A stretch of 64,000 nt of DNA from Patescibacteria group bacterium (GCA_041671225.1 JBAZBY010000001.1:238940-302939); one strand, 5' to 3'. Counted from the first letter of the stretch, positions 1 to 12,612 are shown. Translations and numbers: made by a program. The notes: generated by a model not told the origin, from the sequence alone.

Positions 1-143
1 CACTGCAGGCATGCGTCTTACAAAAATACTCCACACGTGGTCCGGATTCCCGCAGTTCCTCCTCTAGTGAACACCGAGTGGGGAGTGATGCCGCATCAAC
101 CCTCACCGGGCTGATTTTTCATTTATTATCATCTCTAATTCCC

Positions 144-785
144 ATGAATACCCGCATTGCCATTGCCCTCACCATATACCTCACGGCGCTCATCGCCTCC
201 AACACGCTCGGCATCAAACTCATGCCATTCATCTTCGGGACGCATCTTTCCATCGCCATCTTTGCCTTCCCCATCGTCTTTCTCATGACCGATGTCATCG
301 GCGAAGTCTACGGGAAACAGACTGCACGCCTGTTTGTCCGCATGGGCCTTCTTACAACCGTCATCTTTCTGCTCTTGAACCTCCTTGCAAACATCATGCC
401 GGCATCAAAGGAATTCACCCTCAACTCCTCCTATAACCAGATCTTCGGGCTCTCATTCCGCTTCGCCCTTGCATCATTTGCCGCTTTCCTTGTCGGCGAA
501 TTCCAGGATGTCTTCGCCTTCTTCGCGCTCCGTAAAATGTTCCACGGCCGGTGGTTCGGGATCCGCTCGATACTCTCCAACCTTTGGAGCCAGCTGCTGG
601 ATAGCGTGATCTGGTTCAGCATCGCATTCGCCGGCGTGTACTCCGTAAAAATCATTATTCTCACGCTGATCCCATGGTGGCTGTTCAAGGTGGGTATGGG
701 AGTGCTTTACCTTCCTTTCAGCTATATCGGCATCAAGCTCCTGCGCCGCGGTGAGAAAATTGACCAGCAAACGAATTCGCGGTAG
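144..785 (+). CDS. queuosine precursor transporter (YhhQ/DUF165 family, Vut-like)
   Basis: ORF 78..785. Polytopic membrane protein with DUF165/YhhQ-like motifs (PFIFGTHLSIAIFAFPIVFLMTDVIGEVYGKQ). Start placed at the internal Met (MNTRIAI), just upstream of the first TM segment. Confidence 0.7.
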   Translation: MNTRIAIALTIYLTALIASNTLGIKLMPFIFGTHLSIAIFAFPIVFLMTDVIGEVYGKQTARLFVRMGLLTTVIFLLLNLLANIMPASKEFTLNSSYNQIFGLSFRFALASFAAFLVGEFQDVFAFFALRKMFHGRWFGIRSILSNLWSQLLDSVIWFSIAFAGVYSVKIIILTLIPWWLFKVGMGVLYLPFSYIGIKLLRRGEKIDQQTNSR

Positions 786-797
786 CGTCAACCATGT

Positions 798-884
798 GCC
801 GGGGTGGCGAAATTGGTACACGCGCCAGGTTTAGGACCTGGTGGCCGCAAGGCCTTGGAGGTTCGAGTCCTCTCCCCGGCACCA
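798..884 (+). tRNA. tRNA-Leu (anticodon UAG), type II with long variable arm, CCA encoded
   Basis: Cloverleaf read by eye: acceptor GCCGGGG/CCCCGGC; anticodon stem CCAGG/CCTGG; loop TTTAGGA (anticodon TAG); long variable arm GGCC-GCAA-GGCC; T-loop TTCGAGT; 3' ACCA. Confidence 0.85.
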
Positions 885-1049
885 CGCCTGCGCAAGAGCT
901 ACGGTAAACACTTTTCATGCCAGAGGCAGGGTATTTTTCGTTATTATATTTCCCAAACATAATTCAAAAGCAGACGCCCGTCGCACTTCGTAGTGGACGG
1001 GCGGTTGGAGGAGCTGTTGACTGTCGGGCGCGGGCGGGGTTCTGGCTCC

Positions 1050-1448
1050 CTAGAGTCGGAAAGCTTCCGGAAGCAAGTCGCGCAGACGGTAGATCCCGGA
1101 CCCTGTCTTGCCGAGACTGATGATGACCTGAGAGTCATCATCCATGAACTCGGCCATCACCTGACGGCACGCCCCGCACGGCATGAGTGTACGTGGCTCG
1201 TTCGGGTCGCCGTTGATGCAGGCGCAGGCCAGCATCGCGATGCGCCGCTCGCCGGACGATATGGCCTTGAAGATAGCGACGCGTTCCGCGCAGATCGTGA
1301 GCCCAAGGCTCGCGTTCTCGACATTGCATCCCGTGTAGACGGTTCCGCTTTCCCCGACGGCCGCGGCGCCTACGGGAAAGTGCGAATAGGGCGAGTGCGT
1401 ATTTTCCGCGGCCTGAATCGCAATGAGCAGAAGTTCTTTCGGGTCCAT
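1050..1448 (-). CDS. cdd: cytidine deaminase
   Basis: Zinc-binding CDA motifs (CAERVAIF ... PCGACRQV). Start at the Met preceded by GAAGGAGGACAT (strong SD) on the minus strand. Confidence 0.88.
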   Translation of the reverse strand: MDPKELLLIAIQAAENTHSPYSHFPVGAAAVGESGTVYTGCNVENASLGLTICAERVAIFKAISSGERRIAMLACACINGDPNEPRTLMPCGACRQVMAEFMDDDSQVIISLGKTGSGIYRLRDLLPEAFRL

Positions 1449-1618
1449 ATGTCCTCCTTCAGCTGATAGTGACACCATGGGAACGGGAAGACCTTAGCAC
1501 AAACTGATGAAAAAAAACAAGCTGCTGAAGCCGAGGGCATGTTTGAAAAATAATGAAGTTTCCGCTGTCCCGCTTAGGGCTTTCAAGGGCTTGTTTATGC
1601 GCATGCTACAATAGCACT

Positions 1619-2434
1619 ATGAATTCCTGGAACATCCGTGGAGACCTCCATGTCCACGCACATCATACGAATTGCGACCACCACAAGCCGGGCGATCCGG
1701 TTGACTACCACGACGCCTTTTGCGGCCGTGGCGCTATAAGAGAAATGCGCGAATACCTCAAAAACGAAAATTTCTTCTACGCCGCAATCGTGAACCACGC
1801 CACAGACCCAAAAGAGCCTGTGCCGGTTTCTCCTGAATCAGAAGAAAAGATCGCACATCATATAAAATATGTTGCCGAAGCAAATGAAGAACGTACGCCG
1901 GATGCACCGTTGCTGCTCGCTGGCATTGAAGTGAGCGTCCTCCCCGACGGAGGTCTTGATGTCTCTCATGAAAAACTCTGCCAATTGGATATCAACATCC
2001 TCTCACGACACGCAGGGACTACATCATGGGATATTCCAAAAACCATTGCGGTACTGGAACCTCTTTTTGCAAAGCACCCCATCCACGTTCTGGGTCACCC
2101 GACACGGTATTCTCCCCCAGAAACACTCGTGGGGATTGAAAACCTGCTTGCACTCTGCAAAAAATATGAAGTAGCGTTTGAATTAAATGCCTATCATCCA
2201 TTTGGCGTTGAACAGGTACAGCGCGTTTTGCAAAGTGAGGTGCTCATCACATTAGGCTCAGATATTCATCTCAACGCGCTCGGTGATCCAAAGAGTAAAA
2301 AATCCATACGCGACATCAAAGAGATCGTACAACTTCAAGATGCTGGTTTCCCAAAAAACCGCTTGATAAACACCTGGCCATTCCAAAAAGTAGATAAGTG
2401 GCTTCTCTCGCGTAAGAAAATGTGCAACGTGTGA
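1619..2434 (+). CDS. PHP-domain metal-dependent phosphoesterase
   Basis: N-terminal GDLHVHAHHT histidine cluster typical of the PHP (polymerase/histidinol phosphatase) fold. Start at the internal Met (MNSWNIRGDLHVH). A possible TACAAT -10 lies ~5 nt upstream, so the mRNA may be leaderless. Confidence 0.65.
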   Translation: MNSWNIRGDLHVHAHHTNCDHHKPGDPVDYHDAFCGRGAIREMREYLKNENFFYAAIVNHATDPKEPVPVSPESEEKIAHHIKYVAEANEERTPDAPLLLAGIEVSVLPDGGLDVSHEKLCQLDINILSRHAGTTSWDIPKTIAVLEPLFAKHPIHVLGHPTRYSPPETLVGIENLLALCKKYEVAFELNAYHPFGVEQVQRVLQSEVLITLGSDIHLNALGDPKSKKSIRDIKEIVQLQDAGFPKNRLINTWPFQKVDKWLLSRKKMCNV

Positions 2435-2481
2435 ACGCCCTGCGTCACACATCATAAGGGAAAACGCCGCAAACGATTGTA

Positions 2482-2961
2482 TCATTCGTCTGCGGCGTCC
2501 TTGCGGTTCCAGGGTCTCCGGATCGTCCAGGCCTGTGGCAGATGCGGCGCCGGCGGGCGATGTTCTTCCGCCCACCGCCTCCATGCGGCAAGATCAGGCG
2601 CGCGGGGCTCACGCCGCGACGGCGTGGGGCTCACAATGCTCTGCCAAAGCGCATGCCGCGCCAGAATGACGGCAAACCGCGCATTCCATATCGCATGCTC
2701 CCGGCTATTGAGCTTTTCAAGCTCGGCAAGAAGCTGCCGACATGTTTGCCGCAGGAGCGCCATGCGGCACGGTATGCTCATCCCGCACTCCCGCGCATAC
2801 TGCGCACGGAACTGCTCTGCCTGAGGGCCTGCAATCCATAACCCTGATTCCACAATAACGAGCTGTTCCAACTCACTCAGTACTGCACTGAGTGTATTCA
2901 GGGTTTTTTGCACGGTACAAACCCCCTTTCGTATTGGCATCCTGCGCGGGTTAACCTCCAC
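2482..2961 (-). CDS. hypothetical protein (GC-rich island)
   Basis: Long ORF in a GC-rich segment. The opposite-strand ORFs are Arg-rich artefacts. Start is uncertain: GTG at 2961, ATG at 2940, or GTG at 2916 preceded by AAAGGGGG. No recognisable family. Confidence 0.4.
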   Translation of the reverse strand: MEVNPRRMPIRKGVCTVQKTLNTLSAVLSELEQLVIVESGLWIAGPQAEQFRAQYARECGMSIPCRMALLRQTCRQLLAELEKLNSREHAIWNARFAVILARHALWQSIVSPTPSRREPRAPDLAAWRRWAEEHRPPAPHLPQAWTIRRPWNRKDAADE

Positions 2962-3061
2962 GCGTCAAGTATAGCCATTGACAGCATGGCGCTTTTTGCG
3001 TTAGCGTGGGCGCACATTCAAGCGTATCCCTTGCTCTCCCGCACTTCCTGGAGGTACGACG

Positions 3062-3334
3062 ATGATCTTTATGCATCCCAGTCCCGTGACCCCGCTTACA
3101 CCGGGGAACATGAACGCGATGGGCCTCGAGCCCATCAACCCCGATCACGTGCGTGGCTTCCTTCCCACGGAACCCACGAACACCTTTCGTCCTCTATGCA
3201 GCGGCGTCGCGCACATCTCGTGCGACCCCAACGCTGGGCTGGACATGAGGCGCAGCATCGCCGCCGGCGAGACCTTCGCGGTCGAATCCGGGGACGTGAT
3301 CTGTGTCGGGGACTTCAAAATCAAGGTCGCATGA
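3062..3334 (+). CDS. hypothetical small protein (90 aa)
   Basis: ATG preceded by CCTGGAGGTACGACG (GGAGG SD, 6-nt spacing). Followed ~25 nt downstream by a strong rho-independent terminator. No recognisable family. Confidence 0.5.
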   Translation: MIFMHPSPVTPLTPGNMNAMGLEPINPDHVRGFLPTEPTNTFRPLCSGVAHISCDPNAGLDMRRSIAAGETFAVESGDVICVGDFKIKVA

Positions 3335-3358
3335 GCGACGCGGACACACGCCCTTAAC

Positions 3359-3400
3359 CCGCCGGCCCTACTTGTGAGGCCGGCGGCTCTTCCTTTTTAT
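3359..3400 (+). terminator. rho-independent terminator
   Basis: 9-bp GC stem CCGCCGGCC/GGCCGGCGG with a 10-nt loop, followed by CTCTTCCTTTTTATCC. Confidence 0.6.
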
Positions 3401-3455
3401 CCCTTATCGAACCGGAACAAACATGCACACTTCCCAAAATACAGCTCCATTTCAC

Positions 3456-4001
3456 TCACCCACGCAATGAAAGGTGGAACTTCTTGTACTGCATGCTTGG
3501 GATTATCCGCGTCACGATGCGCAACAGAATAAAACCAACGAGAAGCACTATAGGCGCAGCTGCGCCAATTATCGCAAGGAAAAATCCTATAAGCGCCATG
3601 AGCGCATTCACAATATTGATCTGCATCCATGAACGAACAAACGTCGCATCTGTTCCTTTTGGCTTATATTCCTTTTGTGAACTCAAGAGCCAAAGATAAT
3701 CAAGGATGCTAAGTACCGCGAATGCCACGAAGAAATACGCAATGCTATTGAGCTGTGTGACATAAATATAGAAGAAGAGGGAAAAAATGATGAAAATATC
3801 GAGAAAAACATCGATCTCGCGTTTTGGCGGAAACTTTTTCAATGATGGGCCGTAATCGATCCAATAATCAATGGTATCCAAATACGCAAAAATGAACGCG
3901 ACATACTGCCACGCACCATGCAGCGCAGGCCACCATTGTAGACCGAGCCCCAAAATAACGCCCACCATCACATCAATGAACTTGAGGCTGAAATTTTGCA
4001 T
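3456..4001 (-). CDS. hypothetical polytopic membrane protein
   Basis: ORF of 181 aa with 4-5 predicted hydrophobic helices (FFVAFAVLSILDYLWLL, IVLLVGFILLRIV). No family recognised. Confidence 0.45.
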   Translation of the reverse strand: MQNFSLKFIDVMVGVILGLGLQWWPALHGAWQYVAFIFAYLDTIDYWIDYGPSLKKFPPKREIDVFLDIFIIFSLFFYIYVTQLNSIAYFFVAFAVLSILDYLWLLSSQKEYKPKGTDATFVRSWMQINIVNALMALIGFFLAIIGAAAPIVLLVGFILLRIVTRIIPSMQYKKFHLSLRG

Positions 4002-4066
4002 GCCTATAGTATAAAGATGCTACGCAAAATGCGCTATGGGGAGAAAAATTCGGATGATACGAACGA

Positions 4067-5161
4067 CTATACCTTATCGAACCGGAACGTCCGCCATGCA
4101 AGGAAGAATGCAACGACGATCCAGCCGCCGATCACGGCGAACTCGAACGGGTACTGCATAAAGGTGTTCCCGTCGATTGCGATGCCGCGCAGGATCTTAA
4201 GCAGCGGCGTGAGCGGGAGAAAATCCACGATGCGTGCCACGATGTTCGGCAGCATGTCCGGCGAAAAGAACACGCCGGAGAGGAACATCATGGGCGTGGT
4301 AACGGCATTGGACATGGACCCGGCGGAATCCGCGCTCTTTGCAAGCCCGCCAACAAAGAATCCTAGCATCAAGAATGGCAGCGAACCGATGACGGTCGCC
4401 AGCACGAGCAGTCCCAAATTACCGAACAAATGGATGTGGAAAAACCCCATGCCGATGCCGAGGATCAATGCGATCTCCAGCAGCACGATGAAGATGCGGC
4501 CGCCGACCTCTGCGATAAGATATGTCTTTGCGGAAATAGGCGTTGCGCGGAGTCGCCGGAGGATCTTCCGCTCCTTTGCCTGCGCAACGGAGATGGCCAC
4601 GCCGATCACGGACGCGAACATGATGCCCATGCCCAGAATGCCGGGCATCAGAAAATCAAGATACTTCGTTTCCTTGCCCACGATCCCTTCCGTCTCCAGC
4701 GCGTACAGTTGCGGCGTCTGCGTCTGTGCAAAGGTGAGCTGATCCAAAAATTGAGTCAAAACCGAGACCACAACGCCGCTCTGCTGATTCCCTTCATTGA
4801 TGATGACGTGTATCACCAACGGCTCCCCGGCGACCGGAGCGGTTCCAAAGGACTGCGGCAGCGTCACAATGGCATCAAGCTTGCCTTCTTTGAGCAATGC
4901 CTTTGCATCATCGAATGTTACAACATCGGTGTTCCGCGTGAAGGCCTTCACCTCGGCAACCTGTTGTACGAATTGTTCCGATGCCTGGTTCTGCGCATCA
5001 TCAAAGATCGCGAGCTTGAATTCCACGGGCTGATCGAACCGGAACAAGCCGAAGACCAACAGGAACATCGCGGGAAAGAACACGTTCCAGAACAATGCCT
5101 GCCGATCCCTCAGCATCATCTTGATATTCGCGGTGAAAAGTGAAAGTGTCGGGTTAGTCAC
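4067..5161 (-). CDS. ABC-2 type transporter permease
   Basis: 364-aa membrane protein with ABC-2 permease architecture: N-terminal TM, a large loop, and C-terminal 5-TM bundle. Overlaps the upstream ATPase gene by 8 nt. Confidence 0.8.
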   Translation of the reverse strand: MTNPTLSLFTANIKMMLRDRQALFWNVFFPAMFLLVFGLFRFDQPVEFKLAIFDDAQNQASEQFVQQVAEVKAFTRNTDVVTFDDAKALLKEGKLDAIVTLPQSFGTAPVAGEPLVIHVIINEGNQQSGVVVSVLTQFLDQLTFAQTQTPQLYALETEGIVGKETKYLDFLMPGILGMGIMFASVIGVAISVAQAKERKILRRLRATPISAKTYLIAEVGGRIFIVLLEIALILGIGMGFFHIHLFGNLGLLVLATVIGSLPFLMLGFFVGGLAKSADSAGSMSNAVTTPMMFLSGVFFSPDMLPNIVARIVDFLPLTPLLKILRGIAIDGNTFMQYPFEFAVIGGWIVVAFFLAWRTFRFDKV

Positions 5162-6089
5162 GGAGTTCGCTTCCGGTTAATGAGAGGAACACGTCTTCCA
5201 AACTCGCACGATGCACTTCCAGTTCATGCAGCCGCATGCCCTTGCTTTCCGACCACTGCATGAGCGGCGGTATCACGATGGATGCATGAGAAATGTGCAG
5301 TTCGTAATGCTCGTTGGGTTTTGTTGCTTCAAGTACGCCGGCGATGCTCTTGAATTCTTCCGGGTCAATCGCAGTATCCAGGCGGAACGTGAGGCGTGCA
5401 GTGGATTCCAGGTTGTTGATCAAGTTGCGCGGCGTGTCCAGCGCGATGATCTTGCCGTGATCAATGACACCCACGCGGTTGCAGAGCTCCTGCGCTTCAT
5501 CCATATAGTGCGTGGTGAGAATGATGGTCTTCCCTTCGGTGTTGATCTTGCGGATGAACTGCCAAAGATGTCGGCGCGCCTGCGGGTCCAAGCCCGTTGT
5601 GGGCTCATCAAGGAACACCACGTCCGGGTCGTTCACCAACGCGGCGGCAATGGAGAACCGATGCTGCTGCCCGCCGGACAATTCCTTCACCAGCGCTTTC
5701 TTCTTTTCCGTCAGGTCAACGATGTGCAGGAGTTCATCCGCATTGACCTTCTTCTTATAGAACGTTCCAAAAAGCTTGAGCGTCTCATCAAGATGCAGCT
5801 CGTTATAATATGAGGACGCCTGCAGTTCTATGCCGATGCGGTACTTCACCTTATTGGTATCTTTATGAGAATCAAATCCCAATACGGTGGTGTGGCCGCT
5901 CGTCGGTTTGTTCAGACCTTCAATGATCTCCAGCGTGGTGGTCTTGCCTGCGCCGTTGGGCCCGAGCAAGCCGAATATCTCGCCTTTTTCAACGACAAAG
6001 GAAACATCATCCACGGCGCGGAAGGTGCCTTTTGCCTTCCCCGGCAGCGGATATTCTTTGACGAGATTTTTTACTTCAATGACTGGCAT
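5154..6089 (-). CDS. ABC transporter ATP-binding protein
   Basis: Walker A GPNGAGKTT; signature LSGGQQHR; Walker B VVFLDEPTTGLD; H-loop. Operonic with the permease. Confidence 0.9.
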   Translation of the reverse strand: MPVIEVKNLVKEYPLPGKAKGTFRAVDDVSFVVEKGEIFGLLGPNGAGKTTTLEIIEGLNKPTSGHTTVLGFDSHKDTNKVKYRIGIELQASSYYNELHLDETLKLFGTFYKKKVNADELLHIVDLTEKKKALVKELSGGQQHRFSIAAALVNDPDVVFLDEPTTGLDPQARRHLWQFIRKINTEGKTIILTTHYMDEAQELCNRVGVIDHGKIIALDTPRNLINNLESTARLTFRLDTAIDPEEFKSIAGVLEATKPNEHYELHISHASIVIPPLMQWSESKGMRLHELEVHRASLEDVFLSLTGSELRD

Positions 6090-6209
6090 AAAGCAAAAAA
6101 GAGTATAGAAGAAATAGAGAGAGTTGTCGAGGGTGACCCCGGCCGTTTCTTATAGAAACAAGCCTCGTCTCGCCGAAGGCGGACAGGTCTCCTTTTTTAT
6201 GCGCGTGGA

Positions 6210-6238
6210 TTGACACGCACCATCACATCGTCTACGAT
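6210..6238 (+). promoter_or_regulatory. sigma70-like promoter (TTGACA-17-TACGAT)
   Basis: Exact TTGACA -35 at 6210-6215; 17-nt spacer; TACGAT -10 at 6233-6238. Confidence 0.45.
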
Positions 6239-6244
6239 GCCCCC

Positions 6245-6368
6245 AATGAATACGCGAACGCATAATCAGAACCCACAGCCGACCAACGTTTCCCGTTGGC
6301 GGTAGCTTCGTGTATTCATAAAAAGAAAACGACGTTCACCAAACCCGCCAACGGCGGGTGTTTTTTTG
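6245..6368 (+). ncRNA. candidate small structured RNA or leader, ending at an intrinsic terminator
   Basis: Between the promoter and the terminator there is a long-range stem AATGAATACGCGAA...TTCGTGTATTCAT. It encloses the hairpin CCGACCAACG-TTTC-CGTTGGCGG. The unit is ~120 nt, has no ORF, and ends in CCCGCC-AAC-GGCGGG + T8. Confidence 0.35.
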
Positions 6369-6370
6369 TT
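6344..6370 (+). terminator. rho-independent terminator
   Basis: CCCGCCAACGGCGGG hairpin followed by TGTTTTTTTGTT. Confidence 0.65.
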
Positions 6371-6482
6371 CCTTTCAAGTATACAAACCTGAATCCGCCA
6401 AAGCCTTGCTGCGTGGCGCTCAGCGACATGAGCGGGGCGACGGCGAATCGTTCATTCCCAACACAGGAAAGGTACGGTGCAT

Positions 6483-7277
6483 ATGAAGAATCTCTGCATC
6501 ATCGGCCCGGGCAACATCGGTTCCCGGATGATCACCAGGCTCATGGAGTCCGGATACCAAGGCACACTCACGGCATACGCCAGAAGGAACATGCACCCCA
6601 TCGCCGGAGTCACAGTCAGCACGGATCTTGCACAGGCCATGGATGGCGCCGACGCGGTACTGGTCTGCGTGAAGCCCGGAGATGTGCCGGACGTGGCTGT
6701 GGCATGTGCGGACATGTTGGCGGAACGCGTTCTCATATCTGTGGCTGCGGGCATCACCACGACGCGGCTCGCGGAGCTGTTCCGGACGCAACACATCATC
6801 CGCGCCATGCCCAACACGCCGCTCTCGGTGGGCAAGGGTGTCACGGCATGGTATGCGCACAAGGAGTGCCCGGAGGATGCCGCGCTGTTCGCAAATGAGC
6901 TCTTCATGCACTTTGGCATGAGCCATCGCGTGGCAAAGGAGCCGCTGCTTGATGCGTGCACTGCGCTCTTCGGCAGCGGGCCGGCGTTCATCGTGTTCCT
7001 TATGGAAGCGGTTCATGCGCAGGCCATCCGTCACGGCATCGGTCATGATGATGCGCGCCTGCTGGTTCCGCAGCTCTTTGAGGGAACGCTCGCGTGGTTC
7101 GCTGCCAGCTCCAATGGCACGCGGCCGCCGCACTACGTGGAGCTCCGTGATGCAGTGACGTCGCCTGCAGGCACTACTGCGGAAGGGCTGTACATTCTTG
7201 AGAAGGGTGGCGTCCGTACTGCCATTGCAGACGCCATCCATGCCGCATACGAGCGCTGCAAGGAGCTCTCTTCCTGA
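6483..7277 (+). CDS. proC: pyrroline-5-carboxylate reductase
   Basis: N-terminal Rossmann IIGPGNIGSRM, P5CR core (PNTPLSVGKG) and C-terminal dimerisation region. RBS AGGAAAGG. GTG at 6477 is an alternative start. GC-rich. Confidence 0.82.
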   Translation: MKNLCIIGPGNIGSRMITRLMESGYQGTLTAYARRNMHPIAGVTVSTDLAQAMDGADAVLVCVKPGDVPDVAVACADMLAERVLISVAAGITTTRLAELFRTQHIIRAMPNTPLSVGKGVTAWYAHKECPEDAALFANELFMHFGMSHRVAKEPLLDACTALFGSGPAFIVFLMEAVHAQAIRHGIGHDDARLLVPQLFEGTLAWFAASSNGTRPPHYVELRDAVTSPAGTTAEGLYILEKGGVRTAIADAIHAAYERCKELSS

Positions 7278-7474
7278 CCCCACGGCCGGACTGCACAACG
7301 AGGATCAACACAATGATCCTCCGCGTGCAGCCCGGCTGCTTTTTTTGAAGCATCGCTTCAAGAAGCGTTATGCGCGCTCCTTTTTGACAAGCCACATACC
7401 GCCTGCTAAGGTGGCGGTGGTTTTTGTACCCGCTCTCCTCTCCGCCAGGCACACGGTGCCGGAAAGAAAAAGCC

Positions 7475-7951
7475 ATGCACATTCGCATCCTCCAATTCCT
7501 CCAGGCCATCACCGGGATGCTTGAGAACCCGGTGAAGGAAGCCTTTGAGCGCGGCGAGTTCCACGATGACTGCAGGGTCATCACGCTCGTCTGCGTGAAC
7601 CCCACAACTGGTCACGTCTACGTGCACCCGCTCGTGAACCACGACGCAACCAGGCACATTATGCGCGGGGTCATCAAGGAGGGCATCAACCGCATCTACG
7701 ATCGCCGCGAGATGCTCAACGGAATCAACCCGTCCAGTGCCATTGACCGCGCCGTGGTCCATGGCAACGGCGTCGCAACCTTCCGCTTCCAGGACCCGGA
7801 CGAGGTAACCCCGAACCAGACGCTCTGGGTGTGCCTCATCGCGAACACCACGCAGGAGATGCAGAGCGACGCAGAGGCATACGACTGCGTGAATCGCCTG
7901 CTCCACGCCCTGCACCAGCAGGTACACTCGCAGCTGGCACCCGCTGCCTGA
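7475..7951 (+). CDS. hypothetical protein
   Basis: 158-aa ORF starting MHIRILQF. GC-rich; a terminator lies ~250 nt downstream. No family recognised. Confidence 0.4.
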   Translation: MHIRILQFLQAITGMLENPVKEAFERGEFHDDCRVITLVCVNPTTGHVYVHPLVNHDATRHIMRGVIKEGINRIYDRREMLNGINPSSAIDRAVVHGNGVATFRFQDPDEVTPNQTLWVCLIANTTQEMQSDAEAYDCVNRLLHALHQQVHSQLAPAA

Positions 7952-8197
7952 CGATCAGGCGGTTATTCCGCATCACGATTCTGTGCTCGGGGCCCCCACT
8001 GTGGAGCCCCGAGCACAATTCTCCTAGTGTATGGGGAATCTTGACGTAATAGACCCTTTCCCGTATACTATTCCCACGCAGTGAATCCAGTGGATTTCCT
8101 GTGGAAAATCAAAAAGCTGAGCATTCAACACGTCTATGACTCAATTAACAAGTAACTTCACGCACGGCGGCTAATACCACACGCTTTCTGCTGTATT

Positions 8198-8222
8198 GTG
8201 GCCGCCGAAAAGGCGGTTTTTT
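8198..8222 (+). terminator. rho-independent terminator
   Basis: GCCGCC-GAAAA-GGCGG followed by TTTTTT. Confidence 0.55.
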
Positions 8223-8358
8223 GAACCTCCGACTCCCAATAGAAACCATTCATCCGCCTCTGGCGGATAGTCCCAACCTCCTCCCTAGATGTGTTTCCTC
8301 TCTCTATAAGAGATGCGTCATCTGCGGAGAAGCATGAACCGGATGAACCTCATGATCG

Positions 8359-8387
8359 TTGACAACTGAATAACTAGCAAAAAGAAT
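8359..8387 (+). promoter_or_regulatory. candidate rRNA promoter (TTGACA-17-AAGAAT)
   Basis: Exact -35 TTGACA ~150 nt upstream of the 23S processing stem. The -10 is weak. Confidence 0.3.
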
Positions 8388-8537
8388 TAAACGAAAGAAT
8401 TCGTCGATGTCATGTATCGTCCGGTACATGATGTCACAAAAACGCTATCGTGTGTCTTCAAGACACGGTAGCGAGTAGAGCTTTACCGAAGTCAGTGAGT
8501 CCAACAAATTATGCTGTTGGATTCCTCACTGGAGCTT

Positions 8538-11868
<3,331 letters not shown>

Positions 11869-11919
11869 GCTCTGGTGAGTTCATTCGGCATTTTTCTTTT
11901 GCTAGTACCGTTTCAGTTC

Positions 11920-12047
11920 AGTATTCTGGGTGTCACAAGTGAAGTGGATACACCCGATCCCATTTCGAACTCGGAAGTTAAGCACTCCAACGCCGATGAT
12001 ACTGCGGGGCAAACCGTTGGGAAAGTAGGCCGATGCCCGGAATACTG
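11920..12047 (+). rRNA. rrf: 5S ribosomal RNA
   Basis: CCGATCCCATTTCGAACTCGGAAGTTAAGC loop C/helix III motif. Terminal helix CAGTATTCTGGG/CCCGGAATACTG. About 50 nt downstream of the 23S. Confidence 0.85.
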
Positions 12048-12065
12048 TACTGAAACAAAATAACG

Positions 12066-12093
12066 AAAGACGTCCTTGTGACGTCTTTTTGTG
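12066..12093 (+). terminator. rho-independent terminator after the rRNA unit
   Basis: AGACGT-CCTTGTG-ACGTCT followed by TTTTGTG. Confidence 0.5.
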
Positions 12094-12109
12094 TATCGAT
12101 AAACCATCG

Positions 12110-12147
12110 TCTCGCCCCGCAAAGCCCAAAGGGCGACATTTTTTTCT
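12110..12147 (+). terminator. second (tandem) terminator-like hairpin
   Basis: TCGCCC-13 nt loop-GGGCGA followed by CATTTTTTT. Confidence 0.35.
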
Positions 12148-12297
12148 CTCGTCATGCTTCGAGGCTCCTTCGGAGCACCTCAGCATGACAGATACACAAT
12201 GCCCCAATGGCCAATACAAAAATTTCCAAAGGGAATCAGGGGGTACTCGAGCGAGTATCCCCCTGAACAAAGCACCAGGCGTTGAGGCGTGTTATGC

Positions 12298-12612
12298 CTA
12301 CCCCAAGACCAAGCTCGTACTCGCCTGCCAGACGAGCCGGCAGACTGCACTATCCCCGTCCCACTGCTCGGTGGTGATGGCCCCCTGCTGCTCAAAGAAC
12401 TGGCGACGGATGAGCGCCGGGAGATTAACATCGTTCCTCCCGAAGACCACCTGCGGCTGGGCGTCCACCTCCGTCAGGATGGACCCGACGATCACCATAC
12501 CCAGGGGCGCATAGATGAACATCGCGACCACGGGACCGGTTGCGTCAGGCGGCGGCACGAGCTTCATCGCCTCACACAGCTCCTCGAAACTATCGATCAT
12601 CTTCTGTATCAT
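12298..12612 (-). CDS. hypothetical protein (104 aa)
   Basis: ATG preceded on the minus strand by AGAGAGGTAACCC (SD). GC-rich. The overlapping plus-strand ORF has no RBS and is Arg/His/Leu-biased. Confidence 0.45.
   Translation of the reverse strand: MIQKMIDSFEELCEAMKLVPPPDATGPVVAMFIYAPLGMVIVGSILTEVDAQPQVVFGRNDVNLPALIRRQFFEQQGAITTEQWDGDSAVCRLVWQASTSLVLG

Noticed and set aside
2477-2841. Plus-strand ORFs 2477..2824 and 2542..2841 overlapping the minus-strand ORF 2482..2961
   Set aside because: They are extremely Arg/Ala/Cys-rich (RCGAGGRCSSAHRLHAARSGARGSRR), typical of the wrong frame in GC-rich DNA. The minus-strand ORF has candidate SD sites and is kept at low confidence.
4430-5143. 237-aa plus-strand ORF antisense to the ABC-2 permease
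   Set aside because: It lies entirely within a gene with a clear permease architecture. It is acidic/His-rich and low in complexity, with no start signal.
6420-7298. 292-aa and 179-aa minus-strand ORFs antisense to proC (6420..7298, 6452..6991), and 7406..7927 antisense to the downstream hypothetical protein
   Set aside because: These are GC-rich antisense frames, Arg/His/Cys-rich with no recognisable domains. The plus-strand proC has unambiguous homology.
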